Positions 10,467 through 17,934 of a stretch of 43,026 nt of DNA are shown here, one piece after another; the stretch's first letter is position 1, and every line of letters begins with the position of its first letter. The notes under the pieces are model-generated. The model saw only the letters and a program-made list of their open reading frames with translations, made no database searches and was not told where the DNA came from. The position numbers and the translations under genes are program-made. The DNA comes from Alistipes sp. (GTDB lineage: Bacteria; Bacteroidota; Bacteroidia; Bacteroidales; Rikenellaceae): the NCBI GenBank assembly GCA_017507075.1, contig JAFWBN010000092.1, forward strand, positions 1-43,026, read 5' to 3'.

Positions 10467-10610
10467 ATGATTAGAAAAACCTATTTACAACCGACATTGT
10501 CGGCTTGCAAAGTAACCATTGAGTTAGGCTTTGCACTATCAGACCCAAATTGGGGTGCTGGTACTCCTGGTGGAGAAATTGACGAGAATCCTTATGACAC
10601 AGAACTTTAA
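10467..10610 (+). CDS. 47 aa small protein, YxxP-x9-ExGFxxS family
   Basis: MIRKTYLQPTLSACKVTIELGFALSDPNWGAGTPGGEIDENPYDTEL. It fills the gap between two operon genes, has an AT-rich leader, and shares its motif with the ORFs at 17754 and 26983. Confidence 0.85.
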   Translation: MIRKTYLQPTLSACKVTIELGFALSDPNWGAGTPGGEIDENPYDTEL

Positions 10611-10625
10611 AACACAAAAAGAACT

Positions 10626-12362
10626 ATGAAAAAGATTATAACATCAATATTGGCACTTGCTGCACTTGTTGGCTGTTCAAAGGTGGACAACGCAGTGGTA
10701 AATAATGCAGATAATATTACCTTCGGCATCTCGGCTACAATGCCACAGACTCGTACAGAACTTGTAAATACCAATGGCTCTTATGGAGCAATTTGGAAAG
10801 CAGGCGATACATTCTCAATTATTGAGGTTGGCGATGGCGCAAATAAGCAAAATGGTACAAGCGAACCTCTTACAGAGGATGCTGCAACAATTGCAGCAAA
10901 GGTTACTGTTAAAGCAAAGACCTATGGCAAGTATGAGTATTTCTTTGCCTCTCCAAAGGCATCAATGAACGGTGCTTGTACATATATGGCAATGACTCTT
11001 CCTGCAGCTCAGGCTCCATCTTCAATGACTACATTTGATGGTGCAGCAGACTTTCTTATAGGTAAGCCTGTTGAGATGTCAGCACAGCCGCTTGCAACAG
11101 ATGTTCTTAACTTTGAGATTGCTCGTATGTCTGCTATCGGTAAGGTTACTGTTAAAGGGGTTACTCTTGCGGCTGATGATAAGGTTACAGCTGTAAAGAT
11201 TACTTTTGCACAGCTTGTTTCGGGTAAGATTACAAAGATTATGACAGACAATCTCCGTGCAGGTACATACCCACAGCCATTTGAGTTTGATGCTTCTGCT
11301 TCTAACTATGTTTCTGTAACACTTCCTGAGCCACAGACCGGCGAATTTACATACTACATGTGCTGTTGGCCACAAGTCGTTGCTGCATCAACTGCTTATA
11401 CAGTAGAGCTTACAACCGAGAAGGGTGCAACTATCACAAAAAATTCAACCATCCCTGCTGATCTTGTATTCAGCGCAGGCGACATCACATCATTTACTAT
11501 CAATATGGCAGCTACCGGCAATGAGCCTTCTCCGGAGCCAGAACCAGAGCCAACAGAGAAACCTGACTATATTACCGTTGCTGGTATTAAGTGGGCAGCT
11601 GGTAACCTTGAGTATGAGAAGGATGGCGCAACAGATACAGGTTTTGCAGCTGGTTGGGCTATTGCACCTACACAGTACCACCATTTCTACACCGGTATAA
11701 CCGGCGATGTTAATGGTGAGGATAAAAGAAATAGCTACGATAAGTCTGCACACTTCAACTTTGGTGGCATTGAGAATCCGTTTACATATTTAATTGAGAG
11801 CGTTGTAGCTATTGATGCATCTGATCCAGCATTTGACTTCAGTGGAAAGATGTACACAGATAAGAGTTGTACAGCTGCTACTACCGATTTTGCGGCTGCT
11901 AAGTTTGGTGATATAGCTTATTGGGCATCAAACGGTAAGTATCGTATGCCTACAGCTACAGAGTTCCAGAAACTCTATGATGAGGCTTGCCGTACTGCAG
12001 CTACATACACTGTTGGCACAAGTGCAATTAAGGGTACATACTATTACAATCCTGGTCAGGGCGAGAGTGCAGGTGCAGTAGAGGGTACAAAGGAACTTAC
12101 AGCAGATGATCTAAAGGTTGGTATCTTCCTGCCTTGGTCTGGTCGTGGTTACAACAAGACCTCTGGCACTAATACCGAGTGGGGTGTATTCAAGGTAAAT
12201 TCACAAGGTGTATATCGTACCTCTACCGTAAATAAAACTTCAACAGCTGAGGCTACAAACGGTGTTATCTATCGTGTACAGTCTTTGTCTGAAGGTGCAT
12301 ACTACAATGCAGCATACGGAGCAGAAGCGCGTTATTGTGTACGCCCTGTATATGTAGAATAA
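10626..12362 (+). CDS. Fimbrillin-like lipoprotein with a FISUMP/C-type-lectin-like C-terminal domain (paralog of 8702)
   Basis: Lipobox LVGC, QTR-T site, WKAGDTF and a PEPEPEP linker. C-domain closely matches 8702 (CTAATTDFAAAKFGDIAYWA is identical) but lacks the tail. Confidence 0.7.
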   Translation: MKKIITSILALAALVGCSKVDNAVVNNADNITFGISATMPQTRTELVNTNGSYGAIWKAGDTFSIIEVGDGANKQNGTSEPLTEDAATIAAKVTVKAKTYGKYEYFFASPKASMNGACTYMAMTLPAAQAPSSMTTFDGAADFLIGKPVEMSAQPLATDVLNFEIARMSAIGKVTVKGVTLAADDKVTAVKITFAQLVSGKITKIMTDNLRAGTYPQPFEFDASASNYVSVTLPEPQTGEFTYYMCCWPQVVAASTAYTVELTTEKGATITKNSTIPADLVFSAGDITSFTINMAATGNEPSPEPEPEPTEKPDYITVAGIKWAAGNLEYEKDGATDTGFAAGWAIAPTQYHHFYTGITGDVNGEDKRNSYDKSAHFNFGGIENPFTYLIESVVAIDASDPAFDFSGKMYTDKSCTAATTDFAAAKFGDIAYWASNGKYRMPTATEFQKLYDEACRTAATYTVGTSAIKGTYYYNPGQGESAGAVEGTKELTADDLKVGIFLPWSGRGYNKTSGTNTEWGVFKVNSQGVYRTSTVNKTSTAEATNGVIYRVQSLSEGAYYNAAYGAEARYCVRPVYVE

Positions 12363-12363
12363 G

Positions 12364-13566
12364 ATGAAGAAGAGTTTTATATTTATTCTGTTATTGTGTC
12401 TGGCGGTGGTTACTTTCACCGCCGGATACAACGGCAAAAAGGCTCGCAAGGGTCGTACTCTGCCGGCGTGGAGTGAGGGTTACCTTGATATCCACACAAT
12501 CAGTACGGGTCGTGGCGAGTGTATATTCTTTATATTGCCCGATGGTACATCCATTGTAGTTGATGCTGGCGAATTTAGTCGTGAGGGTGAGAAACATAAG
12601 AATGTACTTCAGCGACCAAACGCTCAAACACGCCCGACAAAGGCTTTTGGCGACTATATTCGTCATTTTAACCCATACGATGCGGTGGATTATTTTAATC
12701 TTTCTCACTTTCATATGGACCACATGGGTAATATTGAGCCGGAGTATGTACGAAGTGTAGAGGGCGACTATACCCTTACTGGTGTTATGGCACTCTATCA
12801 TCAAGTACCGTTCCGAGAGGTTATTGACCGCGCTTATGGTGCCTATGATTCACTCAAAGTTAAGGCTATGAGTACAAAGGTGCTTGTTGAGTATAAAAAG
12901 TTCTTGGAGTATCATATCGCAAAGGGTGATATTAAGGCGTCTCGATTTGAGTTAGGTGCTGTAAATCAGTTTGCAATGAAGCATAACGCAGCGGCATACC
13001 CAGATTTTAATATTGAAAATATCTGCTCAAATGGCTATGTTTGGAATAACGGTAAGGCAATAGATGTCTATGAGGGGGCTCGCAATAAAATTCGAGAAAA
13101 TGCATCCTCTTGTGGTTTTGTTATTCGCTATGGCAAGTTTGATTTCCTTACTGCCGGCGATATTGGCGACTATCATAACCTTGAGTATCGTGTAGCGGAG
13201 GCTGTCGGTCAGGTTGAGGCAGTAAAGGCTCACCACCACCTCTCGCCACACTCTATGTGCCAGCCGTCTATGGAGGTGCTGCGACCACAGACACTTGTTG
13301 CTACAAGTTTTTATGTCCGCGAGATTCAGCCAGATAAGAGTAAATTCGGATACATCAATGATTTAGGATGTAATATCTACTGCACAAGTGTCGGCGAGGA
13401 CCTTCTTGAGCAGTACCATAAGGAGTATGCTGTCTGTAAGGCAACAAGTGGACATATTGTTATTCGTGTAGCCCCTAAAGGTGATAGCTATATGGTCTAT
13501 ACTCTGGACGATACAGATAGTAAGTATCGCGTAAAGAGGATAGACGGTCCTTTCAAATGTAAATAG
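12364..13566 (+). CDS. ComEC/Rec2-like metallo-beta-lactamase-fold hydrolase (putative phosphoesterase), secreted
   Basis: LDIHTISTGRGE, VDAGE, SHFHMDHMG (HxHxDH), TAGD, KAHHH and GHIVIRV motifs. Confidence 0.8.
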   Translation: MKKSFIFILLLCLAVVTFTAGYNGKKARKGRTLPAWSEGYLDIHTISTGRGECIFFILPDGTSIVVDAGEFSREGEKHKNVLQRPNAQTRPTKAFGDYIRHFNPYDAVDYFNLSHFHMDHMGNIEPEYVRSVEGDYTLTGVMALYHQVPFREVIDRAYGAYDSLKVKAMSTKVLVEYKKFLEYHIAKGDIKASRFELGAVNQFAMKHNAAAYPDFNIENICSNGYVWNNGKAIDVYEGARNKIRENASSCGFVIRYGKFDFLTAGDIGDYHNLEYRVAEAVGQVEAVKAHHHLSPHSMCQPSMEVLRPQTLVATSFYVREIQPDKSKFGYINDLGCNIYCTSVGEDLLEQYHKEYAVCKATSGHIVIRVAPKGDSYMVYTLDDTDSKYRVKRIDGPFKCK

Positions 13567-13569
13567 AAG

Positions 13570-14859
13570 ATGAAAAAATACCTTTGGATTTTACCTATTT
13601 GGTTTTTGGCTCTCTCTTGTGGTAGTAGTGATACCAAGATGCCGTGGGAAGATGATTTGGGTAGTGATGATGGAACACAACAGGGACCTGAAAACCCTAC
13701 ACCAGATAATCCTAATACACCTATTGTAGAGATTGGTAAGCCTCTTACGGCATGGAGTGAGGGAGAACTTGATATTCACACCATAAGTACAGGCCGTGGT
13801 GAGTGTCTATTTATCATTTTGCCTGATGGGACAACTATGGTTGTTGATGCAGGTGAGTTTAGTCGAGAGTCAAGTGAGTATAAAAATGTCGTTCAGCGTC
13901 CAAGTGCCGATATTCGTCCAACAAAGATTTATGGCGACTATATCAAGCATTTCCTTCCGCGCGGCAAAAGTGCGGTTGATTATATGCACATCTCTCACTT
14001 CCATATGGACCATATGGGTAATTTGGAGAAGGAATACACAAAGGATGAGACCAAAACTTACACTCTTGCAGGCGTTACTGCGTTGTATCATCACATCCCG
14101 TTTATAGAAGTCAATGACCGTGCCTATGGTAACTACGACGGGCTGAAGGTTAACAGTATGAGTGAGGCCTCTCTTGCAAACTACCGCAAATTTGTGGATT
14201 ATCAAGTAGCAAAAAAAGCCCTTAGGGCTTCGCAGTTCAAACTTGGAGCTGTAAATCAGTTTGCGATGAAATATAATGCTGCAGCATATCCAAACTTCCG
14301 TATAGAGAATGTCTGCGCAAATTGCTGTATCTGGAAAGATGGACAGTCGGTAGATATCTATAAACAGGAGGGCGTTGCAAAGGCAGAAAATGCGGCTTCG
14401 TGCGGTTTTGTTATTCGTTACGGAGACTTTGATTTCCACTCTGCTGGCGATATTGGCGACTATAACGACTATGAGTATCGTGTGGCAGAAGTTGTTGGTA
14501 AGGTTGAGGCAACAAAAGCTCACCACCACCTCTCTCCTCACTCAAATTGTAGCAAGGCTATGAGTGTTCTCAAACCGAAAGTGCTTGTGGCGACAAGTTT
14601 CTATGTCCGTGAGATTCAGCCAGATAAGAGTAAATTTGATTATATCACTAATGGTGGCTGTGATATCTATTGTACAAGCGTAGGGGAGAGCCTGCTTATG
14701 CAGTATCAGTTAGACTATGCCAAGTGTAATGCCACAAGCGGACATATCGTTATCCGCGTAGCTAATGGCGGCGAAAGTTTTATGGTCTATACACTTGATG
14801 ATATGAATAGTGAGTATAAAGTGAAACGAATTGATGGACCATATTATAACCATAAGTAG
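13570..14859 (+). CDS. MBL-fold hydrolase lipoprotein (paralog 2)
   Basis: Lipobox ALSC; SHFHMDHMG, SAGD and KAHHH; highly similar to 12364. Confidence 0.8.
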   Translation: MKKYLWILPIWFLALSCGSSDTKMPWEDDLGSDDGTQQGPENPTPDNPNTPIVEIGKPLTAWSEGELDIHTISTGRGECLFIILPDGTTMVVDAGEFSRESSEYKNVVQRPSADIRPTKIYGDYIKHFLPRGKSAVDYMHISHFHMDHMGNLEKEYTKDETKTYTLAGVTALYHHIPFIEVNDRAYGNYDGLKVNSMSEASLANYRKFVDYQVAKKALRASQFKLGAVNQFAMKYNAAAYPNFRIENVCANCCIWKDGQSVDIYKQEGVAKAENAASCGFVIRYGDFDFHSAGDIGDYNDYEYRVAEVVGKVEATKAHHHLSPHSNCSKAMSVLKPKVLVATSFYVREIQPDKSKFDYITNGGCDIYCTSVGESLLMQYQLDYAKCNATSGHIVIRVANGGESFMVYTLDDMNSEYKVKRIDGPYYNHK

Positions 14860-14862
14860 AAT

Positions 14863-16176
14863 ATGAAAAGAAATTTTTGGATTTTACCACTTGTTGTACT
14901 TTTTGTACTCTCTTGTAATGGTGGTAGTAATGGCAATATGCCGTGGGAAGATGATTTAGGTCAGAAACCAACTCCAACACCGACACCTAATCAGACAGTG
15001 GCTGTAGGTGATGTTCTTCCTAATTGGGAGGAGGGTTATCTGGATATCCACTTTATCAATACAGGTCGTGGAGAGTGTGCCTTCTATATTTTGCCAGACG
15101 GCACAACCCTTATTGTAGATGCGGGAGAGCTTGCAAGGCTTCATGACCCAAACGATAAAAGTGATGATGCACCTGTAGCACAGAAACCAAATGCAGATGT
15201 GCGTCCTTATATCGTAGATGCACGATATATTAAACACTTCCTTCCTCAGGGTAAGACAGCTATTGACTATTGTGCCCCTTCACACTTCCATATTGACCAC
15301 ATCGGCGATCCATTGGCAGCAACAGAGACGGCAGCTGCAGGATATCGTAAGACAGGTCTTATGGCTCTGTATGATGAAGTGCCTTATCTCCATATTCTTG
15401 ACCGCTCATATCCGGAGTATAAGGAGGATGCAACAACTCCTGCTATGGATGGTGGCACAAGTGCAGATTGGGCTAAGTTTGTTACTTGGGGTGTTAAAGA
15501 GGGTAAGTTTACAGGTGCCCGCTTTACTCCTGGTAAAGAGCAGATTGTTCTTCTCAATAAGCGTGAAGAGTATGAAAATTTCTCAATTCTTAATATCTGC
15601 GCTAATGGCTATGTGTGGAACAAAAATAGTCAAGGCTATGGAACCCTTGCAGGTGCAAAGTCGGGTGTGGGTAATCCAGCATCGTGTGGTTTCCACTTGA
15701 GCTATGGTCTGTTTGATTATATTGCTTGCGGTGATTTGACCTCAAGTCCGCAGAACTTGGTGGCTTATTACTTCCGCGATTTTATTGGAGAGGGCCATCT
15801 GGACGCCTTTAAGTGTCATCACCACTTGAGCGCAAATGGTTGGGGATCACAGAGCCAAAAGTGTAAACTTAATCCTCAAGTTATTGTCAATATGAACTTT
15901 TATGCAAAGCAACCGGATCCTGCTCTGCTGAAAAACATTCTTGACAACACCTTCGGCTCTTGGCTTACAGGCAGTAAATATGACTTTTTTACCACAAATG
16001 CACATCCACAAGCCGTGGTAAACAATGGCGACCTTTACTCTCGCATGTCAGATTATAACGGACATATTGTTATCCGTGTATCTCCAGGTGGCGGTCAGTT
16101 TAATGTCTATATGCTTGATGATAATAACTTTGAGTATAAGATTAAGTCTATCCATGGTCCATATACCTCAAAGTAA
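14863..16176 (+). CDS. MBL-fold hydrolase lipoprotein (paralog 3)
   Basis: Lipobox VLSC; SHFHIDHIG, ACGD, KCHHH and GHIVIRV. Confidence 0.8.
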   Translation: MKRNFWILPLVVLFVLSCNGGSNGNMPWEDDLGQKPTPTPTPNQTVAVGDVLPNWEEGYLDIHFINTGRGECAFYILPDGTTLIVDAGELARLHDPNDKSDDAPVAQKPNADVRPYIVDARYIKHFLPQGKTAIDYCAPSHFHIDHIGDPLAATETAAAGYRKTGLMALYDEVPYLHILDRSYPEYKEDATTPAMDGGTSADWAKFVTWGVKEGKFTGARFTPGKEQIVLLNKREEYENFSILNICANGYVWNKNSQGYGTLAGAKSGVGNPASCGFHLSYGLFDYIACGDLTSSPQNLVAYYFRDFIGEGHLDAFKCHHHLSANGWGSQSQKCKLNPQVIVNMNFYAKQPDPALLKNILDNTFGSWLTGSKYDFFTTNAHPQAVVNNGDLYSRMSDYNGHIVIRVSPGGGQFNVYMLDDNNFEYKIKSIHGPYTSK

Positions 16177-16246
16177 CAATTGCTTGACAAGGTAAAGTTT
16201 TACATATAAGCCGCATAAATCATTTTACAAGAAAGATGAAGGCTAC

Positions 16247-16343
16247 TTCTGCGCGCTGACCTTAGTATTTATAGAGACTTTAGGGTCTTTAAGGTCCTTA
16301 GGGACTATAGCGCGCCTAAATTAAAGCACCTCTCCGCCAAATT
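16247..16343. repeat. Intergenic REP/MITE-like element with degenerate 9-bp tandem units
   Basis: GCGCGCTG, then (CYYTARGGT-like)x5-6, GCGCGCC and TTAAAGCACCTCTCCGCCAAATT; homologous to 36722-36813. Confidence 0.75.
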
Positions 16344-16395
16344 AGAGTACCAACTTTAAGAAATTTTTACTACTTTTGACAAAAATAGTTTCGAT

Positions 16396-17157
16396 ATGAG
16401 AAGATTAGATGGAAATGTTACGCTTATTACCGGAGGTGGTAAGGGTATCGGATTTGGACTTGCTGAGGCTTTTGCGGAAGAGGGCTCAAATCTTGTGATT
16501 ACGGGGCGAACAGAGTCGAGGTTGCTGATTGCAAAGCAGAAGTTAGAGGAGCAGTATGGTGTAGAGGTATTGCCTATTGTAGCAGACGGAGCAAATGAGG
16601 AGGCTATTAAGGAGGTTGTAGCTCAGACTATTAAGCGTTTTGGCAAATTAAACACGCTTATAAACAATGCTCAAGTATCTAAATCCGGAACTTCGTTAGT
16701 TGACCACACCAAAGAGGATTTTGACTTGGCGATATATTCGGGGCTTTATGCGGCATTTTTCTATATGCGTGAGTGTTTCCCATATCTTAAGGAGAGCAAA
16801 GGTTCGGTTATTAACTTTGCATCTGGTGCGGGTCTATTTGGCAAACTTGGACAGTCGTCATACGCTGCAGCCAAAGAGGGTATCAGAGGTATGTCGCGCG
16901 TAGCTGCGGCAGAGTGGGGTCCGGATGGTGTGCGTGTAAATATCATCTGTCCTTTAGCAATGACAGAGAGTCTGCAGGCGTGGAAAGAGAGTTATCCGGA
17001 GCTGTATCAAAAGACGATACAGGGTATTCCTTTGGGACACTTTGCCGACCCGAAGTACGACATCGGTAAGGTTTGCGTTTTCCTTGCCTCAGAGGATGCG
17101 GCTTATATTACGGGCGAGACAATAACCCTCCAAGGAGGTAGCGGCCTGAGACCGTAA
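16396..17157 (+). CDS. SDR oxidoreductase, 12alpha-hydroxysteroid dehydrogenase-like
   Basis: TGGGKGIG, NNAQ and YAAAK motifs. LAIYSGLYA, ECFPYLKESKGSVINFASGAGLFG, EGIRGMSRVAAAEWG, CPLAMT and the GLRP end resemble clostridial 12alpha-HSDH as I recall it. Confidence 0.8.
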   Translation: MRRLDGNVTLITGGGKGIGFGLAEAFAEEGSNLVITGRTESRLLIAKQKLEEQYGVEVLPIVADGANEEAIKEVVAQTIKRFGKLNTLINNAQVSKSGTSLVDHTKEDFDLAIYSGLYAAFFYMRECFPYLKESKGSVINFASGAGLFGKLGQSSYAAAKEGIRGMSRVAAAEWGPDGVRVNIICPLAMTESLQAWKESYPELYQKTIQGIPLGHFADPKYDIGKVCVFLASEDAAYITGETITLQGGSGLRP

Positions 17158-17201
17158 AAAAATCATAGAAAAAAAATAAGCATATCCCATTGGGACTATA
17201 C

Positions 17202-17240
17202 TATTTCGGCGGTGAACTAATTTCATCGCCGAATTTGTTT
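17202..17240 (+). terminator. Rho-independent terminator
   Basis: TTCGGCGGTGAA / TTCATCGCCGAA stem followed by TTTGTTT. Confidence 0.75.
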
Positions 17241-17425
17241 ACAATCTGTTAGACTATTAGATTGTGAAATGACTTTTCGTGCAAAAACCGCCTAAACTTT
17301 AATTTCATACTTGCCGTGTAGCCTTAATTAAGAGGAATTAAATAAACACATATTTAACTCCCTTTTGCATATTTATAAGAATTTTTTTCTATTTTATCCG
17401 CGCAAGGCCCCAAAGAGTGTTGTCA

Positions 17426-17449
17426 TTTGCGAAATTTTTACTAATTTTG
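17426..17449 (+). promoter_or_regulatory. Putative Bacteroidetes promoter (-7 TAATTTTG)
   Basis: TAATTTTG at 17442-17449 lies just before the structured leader; upstream TTTG-like elements have non-ideal spacing. Confidence 0.55.
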
Positions 17450-17740
17450 TAATGCTGTGGGAGTTATACCCTCAGCATTACATATTGATGAAAGTGTTTT
17501 CGCTTTTATCCTTAACGAGAAATCTGACAGTTTCAAATAAGACGAGGATACGACAACACTCATTTCTTGTATAGCTATGTGGCTATGCACTTATCTGTGC
17601 ATATACCTCATACTATTCAGGTGTGGGGTCTTGTAATCGTTTATTCGTCTTGGGTTTTGTCAGAGCCTCTCGTTAGATAAACGAAAAGTCAACTCCACAC
17701 TTTCTTTGTTTATACTTATCGCCTTATTTGGAGTTGGTGG
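17449..17740 (+). ncRNA. Putative structured 5' leader RNA (short hairpin plus ~190 nt interrupted hairpin)
   Basis: Nested complementary blocks TTTTCG/CGAAAA, TTTATC/GATAAA, TAACGAGA/TCTCGTTA, TCTGACA/TGTCAGA, AAGACGA/TCGTCTT and TATGCAC/GTGCATA. Confidence 0.65.
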
Positions 17741-17753
17741 GCAAAAGATGCGT

Positions 17754-17915
17754 ATGAAACAGCTTAAGCAGTGGGGCTACCTCACCCCCGAAATCGAGGT
17801 AAATGAAATGAGTGTAGAGCATGGATTTTTAGGCTCTGAATTGGGTGGTGTGGACTCTAATCCAACCAATCCGAGCGAGACACCAAGCCTGCCAGGCGAA
17901 GACACCGATTGGTAA
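17754..17915 (+). CDS. 53 aa small protein, YxxP-x9-ExGFxxS family (alternative start 17748)
   Basis: MKQLKQWGYLTPEIEVNEMSVEHGFLGSELGGVDSNPTNPSETPSLPGEDTDW; ends 19 nt before a fimbrillin-like gene. Confidence 0.85.
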   Translation: MKQLKQWGYLTPEIEVNEMSVEHGFLGSELGGVDSNPTNPSETPSLPGEDTDW

Positions 17916-17934
17916 ACCTTAAAACTAAGAGAAA

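Noticed and set aside
10467-10610. Small peptides as lasso peptide/RiPP precursors of a local biosynthetic cluster
   Set aside because: The YxxP leader is similar, but there is no cyclase, B protein, radical SAM enzyme or ABC exporter in the window; the consistent neighbours are pilin-like lipoproteins.
16260-16315. Periodic 9-bp repeats or the hairpin array as a CRISPR
   Set aside because: The units are contiguous and degenerate, with no unique spacers and no cas genes.
17365-17574. 69 aa ORF overlapping the structured leader
   Set aside because: It has a non-ATG start upstream of the predicted promoter, no motif, and no counterpart in leader copy B.
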